The notes under the pieces are model-generated. The model saw nothing but the letters and a program-made list of their open reading frames with translations. It had not been told where the DNA came from and made no database searches. Made by a program: the position numbers and the translations under genes. 64,000 bases of DNA from Pseudobdellovibrionaceae bacterium (GTDB lineage Bacteria > Bdellovibrionota > Bdellovibrionia > Bdellovibrionales > UBA1609): NCBI GenBank assembly GCA_947444305.1, contig CANEZP010000005.1:103771-167770 (forward strand). Reading direction: 5' to 3'. This document shows, piece by piece, positions 10,370 to 18,813 of the stretch (its first letter is position 1; each line of letters begins with the position of its first letter).

Positions 10370-10876
10370 TTAGCGGGCCATTTTGATGTAAAGATCCAAG
10401 AAGTTCTTGATGCTGAGGGCGGCCGCGCGCTGGCTCTTGTCTTTTAATTCAAGGTCGCGGCAACCTTGGCGACGGTAAACGGCCGTGAAGAAACGCTCTT
10501 TGACGATTCCGTAAGTGTATCCGGGAGCATCCATGCACTGGGGCGTATTCGGCGTCACGAACGTACCGCCTTTAAGTGCTGCGACCGCGTCTTTAATGGC
10601 GGCGAGATCTTGCGGCAACACTTGCCCAAGCTCTTGGCGCTCGGCCGGCAGGCGCTCAACGTTGTTAAAATCTTTTGCGTAACGATAGATCAACGACTCG
10701 ACCAATCCATTATCGTGCACGGTGATGGTCATCGAGCCTAAGCCACCGGGCACCGGCATTCCGCCACCGACGAAGGCTTGGAGCAAAGCCGTTTCGGGCG
10801 GCAGTACCGGCGAAGTGGCCGATGCGTTGAAGGTGAAGGAGAGCGAGGCGATCAGGGCGAGGATGGAGGCTTTCAT
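10370..10876 (-). CDS. Small secreted protein, unknown function
   Basis: Signal peptide MKASILALIASLSFTFNASA. The gene ends 1 nt upstream of the longest-ORF start of the next minus-strand gene (64 nt from the ATG I prefer). Confidence 0.6.
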   Translation of the reverse strand: MKASILALIASLSFTFNASATSPVLPPETALLQAFVGGGMPVPGGLGSMTITVHDNGLVESLIYRYAKDFNNVERLPAERQELGQVLPQDLAAIKDAVAALKGGTFVTPNTPQCMDAPGYTYGIVKERFFTAVYRRQGCRDLELKDKSQRAAALSIKNFLDLYIKMAR

Positions 10877-11032
10877 TTTTTTGTCCTTTCGAGACATTGG
10901 TTTTTGTTTCTTCCAAACCATTTTGGTTGGTTGCTACGCGAACCGTTGTATCCACCCGCCATTTTTAAATATATTGAAAGTAAATTAATTTAGTCGTAAA
11001 AATATAATATCTATAAACGTCAGGTTAAAGAA

Positions 11033-11854
11033 ATGAGTATTTACAAGCACTTGAAGTACCGCCCCGCGATCGAAGAAATCGTCGAGAATCGGCGAACCTT
11101 ACCCGGGAAGTTTACCCTGCGCGCTTTGGCCGAAGGCGCGGGTTTACAAGCGAGCTTTTTAACGAACGTTTTGAAGGGCCGTTTTGATTTCAACGCCGAT
11201 CAACTCTTCGCGGTCTGCCACGTGCTCGCACTTTCCGCGACCGAGCGTGATTACCTTTTGTTGTTGCTTGAACTCGAGCGCAGCGTCTTCAAACCGCGCA
11301 AAGAAGAATTGAAAAAACAAATCGATGAGATTCGTAAAGAGAATCAAAAGAGCGAAAAACATTTGGCGGTAAAGGCCGTCGAGCTCTCGAGCGATGCGCA
11401 AGCGCAATACTACCTCGATCCATTCGCGCAGCTGACGCTCGTCTACTTGAATCTCGCGCCGTACAACCGCCAACCAGAAAAGCTAGGCGCCGCGCTTGGC
11501 ATTTCGCAAACGCACCTCGGCGAAATTTTAAAAATCCTCACGGGCATCGGCTACGTTCAGCGCGAAGGTCAAACGTATAAGGTAATAGCGCGCGACCGGC
11601 ATTTACCGAAACGCAACCCGTTGAGCGGCCCGCACCTGACGTTGATGCGCTTAAAATCGATCGACCAACTTCAGCGCTTGAGTCTCGATCAATCCTACAG
11701 CCACTCGGTCACGTTCACTGGCACTGAAGAAACTAAGGAAGCCCTGAGCGACGCCTACCTTACGTTCCTGAAAAAAGCCGAATCGATCGTTCGCCCCGCC
11801 AAGAGCGAAAAAGTATTCCAGATGAATTTCGATCTCTTCCCTTGGGATATCTAA
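11033..11854 (+). CDS. TIGR02147/DUF4423-family protein (putative HTH regulator)
   Basis: N-terminal FTLRALAEGAGLQASFLTNVLKGRFDFNADQ (HTH-like) followed by ERDYLLLLLELERS. This architecture matches my recollection of the TIGR02147 family. Confidence 0.6.
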   Translation: MSIYKHLKYRPAIEEIVENRRTLPGKFTLRALAEGAGLQASFLTNVLKGRFDFNADQLFAVCHVLALSATERDYLLLLLELERSVFKPRKEELKKQIDEIRKENQKSEKHLAVKAVELSSDAQAQYYLDPFAQLTLVYLNLAPYNRQPEKLGAALGISQTHLGEILKILTGIGYVQREGQTYKVIARDRHLPKRNPLSGPHLTLMRLKSIDQLQRLSLDQSYSHSVTFTGTEETKEALSDAYLTFLKKAESIVRPAKSEKVFQMNFDLFPWDI

Positions 11855-12840
11855 GGTCTATGGTATTTAAAGCTGTAGATCCAATTGCAATCCGCCATGA
11901 CGACGACTTCCGCACTCGCTTCGACCTGAAAGCAATCGCCCGGCACCGGTGATTGAAAGGCCATGTCCAAGCCATTATAAGTATTTTGCCCCGTACGGAA
12001 ATTGATCCCGACATTGGTGGATCTCAACGCGAACCCAGCCGCCGAATTACCCTCGAAATAGAATAAGCTCCGTTCGCCGGGTTTTGCTTTTGGCTCCGCG
12101 ATCATGAAGGCATCGCCCTCGCCGATCAACGTACGGTGAATGACGAAATCTTTTTTAATCGATTCGGGTAGGGTGATAGAACTCGCCCCATCGGCTTCGG
12201 CGTAATTGGTTACATTTGAACCAAGCGAGCTTTTGGAATCGATTTTAAACCAGCCGTCCAAATCATCTCGATAAATAATTTTTTCGGAAGTCGAACCGTC
12301 CTTGAAAACAACGGAGAGCACCGGGCCTTCAAGTGCAATTTCTTTTACGCCTTTGCCGCCTTTTATGGGGACTATGCGGAGACCTTGGAAAAACGAGCTG
12401 GTAAGTCCGGCGTCGATACGTGCACGTCGGTCGTCTTCATTAAGACCCAGCAAATCTCCGAAAGCACCGGTGGTTTGCTCCAGAATAAAAACTATAATCA
12501 GCGTGACTAGTACAACGGAAAAGAAGGGTAGCCAGTTCGCGCTCCTCGCGACGACGATCCAACGTTCCATATTCCGGTCTAGGCGACTAATCAGGAGAGA
12601 ACCTAAAACCAGAAGGCCTAGGGGAATGGAAAAACCGAGAATAAATACTCCGATATACATCGGGTTTTTAGCGATATCGTTTGTCATTAAGCCGATGCTC
12701 ACAAAAAGAAATGTAGCCTGTCCAAGAATCCAGGTTAGGTTTTTTAGTTTAAAAAGATGACAGAGCATTAAAACGACGACGCCTGCGCCAAAGCCTATGA
12801 TTTGCCAATGCCCAAAATCCCAGAAAAGTTCAATTATCAT
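11851..12840 (-). CDS. Membrane protein, unknown function
   Basis: Four predicted N-terminal TM helices followed by a soluble domain of about 190 aa. Overlaps the convergent 11033 gene by 4 nt. Confidence 0.6.
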   Translation of the reverse strand: MIIELFWDFGHWQIIGFGAGVVVLMLCHLFKLKNLTWILGQATFLFVSIGLMTNDIAKNPMYIGVFILGFSIPLGLLVLGSLLISRLDRNMERWIVVARSANWLPFFSVVLVTLIIVFILEQTTGAFGDLLGLNEDDRRARIDAGLTSSFFQGLRIVPIKGGKGVKEIALEGPVLSVVFKDGSTSEKIIYRDDLDGWFKIDSKSSLGSNVTNYAEADGASSITLPESIKKDFVIHRTLIGEGDAFMIAEPKAKPGERSLFYFEGNSAAGFALRSTNVGINFRTGQNTYNGLDMAFQSPVPGDCFQVEASAEVVVMADCNWIYSFKYHRP

Positions 12841-12992
12841 CGCCTTATTTTACAAGCGCTCCACCGCCGAAGTCGACGAACGGCAGAAAGCTCGAACTTG
12901 AAATAGACCAAAGTACTCTCACTTGTGTAAACCTCCGCCAAGCACCGTTTTTTAGTCGCCCTGGTCTGAGTTTTGAACTAGTTTACCGCGAA

Positions 12993-13955
12993 ATGCCCAG
13001 TCGAGTCCTCAACGCCAACCTATCGTTTGCTTTGCGCCCTTTATTGAAGGCTTGGCCTCAATTTGTCACGGCATTGCTCATCGGCTCGCAGCCGGTTTAC
13101 GCGGAGCAAGTGCAGCCGAAAAGGAATATGCCCCGGTTTGCGGAGTCTCGCTGTCTCGCGGACCTGACGCCGTTCGCGCCGGCTTCGGTTTTGAATGAGC
13201 AAGCGCGTGCGGAGTTGCTGCCGCTGATCACCTACCTTACCGTTCCCGCGTGGCCGCGTATCGTTGATGAACCTTACGTGATGACGAAGGATGGAGTGAC
13301 CGAGATTTTCCCCGCGGCGTTCAATTATTTAGATTGGCTTATCTACGCTTCGTTCGAATATTTTATTTTGGTTGATCCGAACCTCGGGCCGCACGCCTAC
13401 AAAGCCGCCGTTCAACATGAGTTAGGCCATGCCGTTTTCGCGGCCAGCATGAGTAAATACAATTTGTTTTGGGCGAATCACTACAAACATATCAGCGCGC
13501 CTAAAACGACAAACATTATGTCACGTTTTATAAACTTCGCGCCCGAACCCATCGGCCTGACCGAACTCAGCCAAAGCTACCAAGAGTTGTTCGTTGATTT
13601 GATGCCCGTGCTCGCATCACGTGATCCGGACATCATGGTCTTCACGCTTGGCCACATCGGTCTCGGTGCAAAGTCTGCCGGGCGAAACTTTCAAACAAGA
13701 GCCGGGATGTGCGTGACCGGTGACGACAACTGCCACGATGTTTTCCTGCCCGCCCGCCTGTTCATTTGGCGTCAGTATTTCGCCGATCGAAAAAACACCG
13801 GCCGCGAAGCGGAAATCTTGGCCGGCATCTTCGACGTCATCGCGCGTGAAATTTTAGAGCGCGATTTGACGAAGGGCTTACGTCACCTAAGCCCCGAGGT
13901 CATGAACGAACGCCTGATCGAACGATTAAGGATTAAGCTTTCGCCTTACGGGTAA
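12993..13955 (+). CDS. Putative secreted zinc metalloprotease (HExxH)
   Basis: N-terminal hydrophobic region ending VYA. HELGH motif (AAVQHELGHAVF), with a candidate third ligand about 45 aa downstream in YQELFVDL (gluzincin-like). Confidence 0.5.
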   Translation: MPSRVLNANLSFALRPLLKAWPQFVTALLIGSQPVYAEQVQPKRNMPRFAESRCLADLTPFAPASVLNEQARAELLPLITYLTVPAWPRIVDEPYVMTKDGVTEIFPAAFNYLDWLIYASFEYFILVDPNLGPHAYKAAVQHELGHAVFAASMSKYNLFWANHYKHISAPKTTNIMSRFINFAPEPIGLTELSQSYQELFVDLMPVLASRDPDIMVFTLGHIGLGAKSAGRNFQTRAGMCVTGDDNCHDVFLPARLFIWRQYFADRKNTGREAEILAGIFDVIAREILERDLTKGLRHLSPEVMNERLIERLRIKLSPYG

Positions 13956-13991
13956 ACGGCATGGTCCAATCCTTGCTGAGTTTAAACGAAT

Positions 13992-15491
13992 ATGAACAAA
14001 ACCGTCGTGGCCTTGCTCCTGGTTGTTTCCCCGTGGGCTCATGCCTACAACAATTTCAACGTCGTTGAAAAAGTACGTTCGCGGGCGTTTCGCTGCGCCG
14101 AACCCGAATTCGTTCTCAAAGGATTTTGGGGCGACACGTTGGGCAAATCTTTCGGCCTAAGATCCCGTGCGGATGAAGCGGAGATTGGATGCGAAAGAGC
14201 GATGAAGGACCTTTACCGCGCCGGCGCGCCCGAGTTCTTTAAGGTCCTCGATCAGATCAAAGAACTTCACCGGCCGGATATGTTCGCGCCCCTGCTGGGA
14301 CTCGACACAAAATTCAAAGACTACGACGTCGACCGGATCCGGGCGCGGTTAAAGAAGCTCGGGGTTGATTTCGGTAAAGCCGAAAGTCGCTGGGCGACGG
14401 CGGTCGTACGAATCTACGAAGCGGACAAAGCAAATCAGTCGCCCACCGATCTTACCTCTGACGTAAACGACGTTGAAAATCTCCCGCTGGAGCCCGGGGC
14501 TTACAATGACGAGTACTTTTTCCTTCCCCGGCGCAAACTTGGTGAGTCGCTCTTCCACCTCGCCTTGCGCAAAAACGAGCGGACCGTTTTGACCGACAGG
14601 CTGACCGAAAAAATGCTCGCGACCATCGATCTAAAGCGATGGATTGAAATGTCCGGTCGCGCGGATAGAACTCACTTTTCGACCCTTAACCCGATTCCAT
14701 TTTTAATCCAGAGCCGGCGTCAAGACCGGGTTACCGACCAAGAGTTTATCGCGGCGGATGCCCCGATGAATTTACTGACCGCGCTTGCCTCCCGCAATGA
14801 CGTCGCGATTAAACGTTTAGCGCCGCTCGTAACCGCCGACGAATTGCAATGGGCGCTGACCGAAGGTGCGTTCGATCCTAAGATTGAACTCTGCCCCGTG
14901 ATCTTGGGCGCCGCTTACGACGGCGCGAATTCCGCCGAGGTTCACCGTGCGATCATCGATCTCTATCATCGATACAATTGCCGCACGCTCGACTACTATC
15001 CGTCGGGCGTGGTGATCACGACTTCGGACCGTCTTTCGCTCAACGGTCCTCTGCGTAGTCTCCTTAATAATTACACGAATGAGAGTTACGTGCTTTCGAC
15101 CGAACTTTTGCGAAGCGGGGCCGAAGCCACGCCCCAGCTGATTGACGAACACGGCCGCGTGTTGGCGCGTACGTGCAGCCCGCCGGCGGCTCTCGAACCG
15201 CTCGTGAATAAACGGAATGTGATCTTGCTCCTCACGACGGCGACCGAAGTGAAGTGTGAGCCGTTGATGAACTTACTGACCGCAGCGGCGGAGCGCGAAG
15301 CTTCGCCGGCCGATATCTCAAAGTTCTTGGACAACCTTTTACCGGTTCATCGCAACAAACTGGGACCAGCCCGCGCCGAAACGTTAACCCGCGCGGTGCG
15401 CGGTGAAGTGGTCACGGCTCCCGCTCCGGGTCCGGCTCCCGCTCCGGCTCCGGCTCCGGTACGTGGCCGCGTTCGCAACATGGGACATTAG
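13992..15491 (+). CDS. Secreted cysteine-conserved protein, paralogue A (499 aa), unknown function
   Basis: Signal peptide MNKTVVALLLVVSPWAHA. Colinear with the first ~480 aa of the next gene (for example RCAEPEFVLKGFWGD vs RCSESEIVLKGFWGD, and EVKCEPLMNLL vs EVKCEPLVNLF). Ends in an (AP)n tail. Confidence 0.7.
   Translation: MNKTVVALLLVVSPWAHAYNNFNVVEKVRSRAFRCAEPEFVLKGFWGDTLGKSFGLRSRADEAEIGCERAMKDLYRAGAPEFFKVLDQIKELHRPDMFAPLLGLDTKFKDYDVDRIRARLKKLGVDFGKAESRWATAVVRIYEADKANQSPTDLTSDVNDVENLPLEPGAYNDEYFFLPRRKLGESLFHLALRKNERTVLTDRLTEKMLATIDLKRWIEMSGRADRTHFSTLNPIPFLIQSRRQDRVTDQEFIAADAPMNLLTALASRNDVAIKRLAPLVTADELQWALTEGAFDPKIELCPVILGAAYDGANSAEVHRAIIDLYHRYNCRTLDYYPSGVVITTSDRLSLNGPLRSLLNNYTNESYVLSTELLRSGAEATPQLIDEHGRVLARTCSPPAALEPLVNKRNVILLLTTATEVKCEPLMNLLTAAAEREASPADISKFLDNLLPVHRNKLGPARAETLTRAVRGEVVTAPAPGPAPAPAPAPVRGRVRNMGH
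15417..15458 (+). repeat. GCTCCS hexanucleotide microsatellite encoding APAPGPAPAPAPAP
   Basis: Direct reading: gct ccc gct ccg ggt ccg gct ccc gct ccg gct ccg gct ccg. Confidence 0.85.
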
Positions 15492-15619
15492 AAAAGGCCC
15501 CTTCCCGCGCCACTTTCCGCCCCCGGGCCGCCCATGGGCCCAGGCGGTAGGACGCCTAACAATCCATTGTATCTGAGAGCTTCCGGGGCCGGTACGGGCC
15601 TTGCTCTCTCTGGAGCTAC

Positions 15620-18600
15620 ATGAAAAATCTAATGATCGCCCTGATCTTGTTCGCGAGCTCGTTTACCCACGCTTTACCGCAAACCCTTGAGGACCGGATC
15701 CGCTCGAACAACTATCGTTGTTCGGAATCTGAGATTGTCCTGAAAGGATTTTGGGGAGATTGGTTGGGCCAATCGTTCGCGATGAAGGCTCGTGAATACG
15801 CGCCGAGTGAATCCTGCGCGAACGCGATACAGGGCCTGTACGGTCAGGGCAGCATAGAGCTCTTCGATCTTTTCGACCAGGTTAAATCATTTAAAGATCC
15901 GCAAATGCTCGCTCCCTTGATCGGACACACCACCACCTTCGATTCAAGCCGCAAAGACATGGTCATCGCGCGGTTGAAATCTTTCGGTGTAAAATTTGAT
16001 GATCCCGATAACAGATGGGCCGTTCTCATGGCGCGGTTCACGACCGCTAAACGAGACGGTTTTCGACGCTCCGACGAAGGCAAACTTTTGACCGAAGCGC
16101 GCGCTCTGCTGCAAGCTACATCGTTCAGTCGTGAGGCTTTCAATCGCGAATACTATTTTCTTCCCCGGACGCGACTGGGAGAGTCCATTTTCAAACTTGA
16201 TTTAGACCTGCGGGCCTACCGGCAGGGCATTCTCTCGGCCGGAGTGATGAAGCAAATTGCCGAAAAATTTCTCGCGAGCGTTGATTTGCCTCAATACATT
16301 AAGGACTCAAGATACACCAACTACACCGCGCTTCATCCGGTGGCGTACCTTATTCAAAACGAACGTCAAAATTTAATTTCTGATCGTGACCTTGTGGCGA
16401 CAAGCTTGTTGCATAACACGTTGACGGCTCTCGCCTCCGGTAACGAAGAAGTCCTTCGCCGAATCCTTACGCTTGACCAAGTTAGGGGACTCGAAACCGC
16501 ACTTTATCAAAGCAACTTCCCTCAGCAGTCGCAAATTTGTCCGACGGTCCTAGGCGTCGCAACGAAGCTTAATCCTAACTCTGAGTTTCGCCGTTTGGTT
16601 ATCCAATTGTACAAAAAACTGAGTTGCCACAATCTCGAGTATTATTTTGCGGGACTTATAATCACGGACGAAAACCAGCTTCTGATTCGCATGACACCGC
16701 GAAAGGATTTGTCCGCGGACGTCTCGGATGAAGGTTCAGCTCTGCTCGCGGAACTTAAGCAAGCCGGCGTTATGATTGCGGAGGAATCACTTTCTTACCG
16801 CAATGAATCTCTGGTTCTGAACTGCGCCAAAACTTCGCTGATCGCGCCGTTTGTCACCGGCAAAAATGCGATGCCTCTTTTAGCGAAAGCCCTCGAAGTA
16901 AAGTGTGAACCCTTGGTGAATTTGTTCATTGAGACGGCGAAAAACCATAACGCGAGCGCCGAGGTCGCGGCCTACTTAAAAACCACGCCAAAAACTCAGC
17001 TCACCCAACTTGCCGCAAAGCGGGTTGAAGTTTTGATGAGTGTTGCCGGCCCGAAATTAACGATGGAAAAAACGGCCGAGCTTAAAGATTTTTTTGCCCC
17101 GCCCGAACCGAAACCGAGCCAATTCAGCTGGCGTGGTTCCGAATTTTATTTGGTAACCGACAAACTAAGTCGCGCGCAAATTCAGTTCTTAAAAAATCTA
17201 CGGAAGGCCTCGAGCGAAAAGCAAATCATTATGGCCCTGCGCGACGGTCTGCTAGCCAAGCAGTTGGACGTTCGCAAACTAGACCACGAAGATTTGGCCG
17301 AAGTGGAAAAATCACTGAATGGCTTTCAAGTCTCCGGTCTCAAAGCAGGTTTGCGCGACTCGAAAGCCCTGCTCGACCGTGCCCTCGGTGCGGGCGATCA
17401 ACCCTCATTCTACAACGAAAAATTCACGTCCGTGTTCGACATCTTCCGTTCGCGCCGCGCGCAGTGCGTGTCGGGTACCGAATTCATGCTGCTGCATCTT
17501 TCCATGTTGGAAAACTTCACGGCCGACGGTCAAACGACCGTCACCGTTCACCGCCCGCGCCACGTCCTGCCCGCTACGTTTGATTTGCGTAAAAAACAAA
17601 TGGAGTTGGTTGAATCAACGGCCGCCGGCGAAGCGCGCGGACTCATGCGTTTACGCAACCATCAGTTGCCGCAAGACACGCAGGTGATTCTCGCCGACGA
17701 CTACCTCGTCTTTCAAATTTTATCCGACGTCCTTCGCTCGCCGGTCGAGGCGCGTGACTTCGCTTTGAACCGTGCCGCGACCGTTCTTAAAATCAAACAA
17801 GGCGCGATCACACCGGCGAAACCGCAGACCGGTTCGGGCGATGCGCTCAACCAAACGATCTTTAGTTTTGGCGAGACCGAGATCCCGCAGGGCGATGTCA
17901 CGCGCACGAAGATCGACCAGCTACCCGGCGGTTTTAACCCCGCGCAGATGGGTCAGGGTAGCGGCGTCTCCGCGAACGCTGCCGCCGCTAACGGTTATAC
18001 CGGTGCCGCCGACAACCGAATGAGACAAGAATACCAATATGGGCCGGATGCTCATCTCGGGCTAAGTAAGATTCCGGATCAGCGCGCGGAGCCGATCCTC
18101 CACCTTATCCGCGTAGCCCAAACCGAAGCCTTGTACATTTCTCAGAACGGCCCCAAAGGAATGTTGAAACTCCCACACCCGCGGTTCATCCAAATCGTGA
18201 TCGAGAAAGCTATCGACGCCATGGATCCCGAAACCTCGCGTTGGCTCTACCATCGGATCGTTGAAAGTCACCGGGCTTTGTTTTCTGCCTCCGTCGCTCC
18301 ACTTGGCGCCGGGAACTATACTACGATAGAGATGGGACTCGAAAGCCCTTCTCAGCGCCAGGGAGTCAGCAAATCGGACCGCGCCAAATATTTTGAGTTG
18401 AAAGCGGCTAAGTTAACGCCTTGGGTTCTTTCGAAGTCAAAGGTGCCGCCCGATGCGGGCGCGAGAGTCCTGCACTTCGGACTTCACGATGCCATTCTGA
18501 TTCTTAAAATGAATAACAAAAGAAGTGAAGGAACAGGAATAGAGGCAGACCACGACGCAGACGTAGACGGCTTATCTTTTGAGCTCAGCGTAGTGAAATA

Positions 18601-18673
18601 CGAATACCTCCAAGTTAGACCCGACTGGGAACCCTACGACAGCGAACCCAACGACGGCAAGCGGGGGAGATAG
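15620..18673 (+). CDS. Secreted cysteine-conserved protein, paralogue B with a ~530-aa C-terminal extension (1017 aa), unknown function
   Basis: Signal peptide MKNLMIALILFASSFTHA. The N-terminal half is paralogous to 13992..15491. I do not recognise the C-terminal half. Confidence 0.7.
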   Translation: MKNLMIALILFASSFTHALPQTLEDRIRSNNYRCSESEIVLKGFWGDWLGQSFAMKAREYAPSESCANAIQGLYGQGSIELFDLFDQVKSFKDPQMLAPLIGHTTTFDSSRKDMVIARLKSFGVKFDDPDNRWAVLMARFTTAKRDGFRRSDEGKLLTEARALLQATSFSREAFNREYYFLPRTRLGESIFKLDLDLRAYRQGILSAGVMKQIAEKFLASVDLPQYIKDSRYTNYTALHPVAYLIQNERQNLISDRDLVATSLLHNTLTALASGNEEVLRRILTLDQVRGLETALYQSNFPQQSQICPTVLGVATKLNPNSEFRRLVIQLYKKLSCHNLEYYFAGLIITDENQLLIRMTPRKDLSADVSDEGSALLAELKQAGVMIAEESLSYRNESLVLNCAKTSLIAPFVTGKNAMPLLAKALEVKCEPLVNLFIETAKNHNASAEVAAYLKTTPKTQLTQLAAKRVEVLMSVAGPKLTMEKTAELKDFFAPPEPKPSQFSWRGSEFYLVTDKLSRAQIQFLKNLRKASSEKQIIMALRDGLLAKQLDVRKLDHEDLAEVEKSLNGFQVSGLKAGLRDSKALLDRALGAGDQPSFYNEKFTSVFDIFRSRRAQCVSGTEFMLLHLSMLENFTADGQTTVTVHRPRHVLPATFDLRKKQMELVESTAAGEARGLMRLRNHQLPQDTQVILADDYLVFQILSDVLRSPVEARDFALNRAATVLKIKQGAITPAKPQTGSGDALNQTIFSFGETEIPQGDVTRTKIDQLPGGFNPAQMGQGSGVSANAAAANGYTGAADNRMRQEYQYGPDAHLGLSKIPDQRAEPILHLIRVAQTEALYISQNGPKGMLKLPHPRFIQIVIEKAIDAMDPETSRWLYHRIVESHRALFSASVAPLGAGNYTTIEMGLESPSQRQGVSKSDRAKYFELKAAKLTPWVLSKSKVPPDAGARVLHFGLHDAILILKMNNKRSEGTGIEADHDADVDGLSFELSVVKYEYLQVRPDWEPYDSEPNDGKRGR

Positions 18674-18775
18674 AGTCTCCAGCCCACAAAGCAGGCAGCA
18701 CGCGCCACCCGGGACAGACGTCCCCGGTGGCGAACCCCGTTTCTCTTCCGACCAGGCCGCCCGGCCCGAAAAGGT

Positions 18776-18804
18776 TTGCTTAAGGGCGACCCCTCACTTA
18801 TGGT
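18776..18804 (+). promoter_or_regulatory. Candidate sigma70-type promoter of typA (near-leaderless)
   Basis: TTGCTT, 17 nt, TATGGT, then 9 nt to the ATG. No Shine-Dalgarno in between. Confidence 0.35.
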
Positions 18805-18813
18805 CAAAAAATC

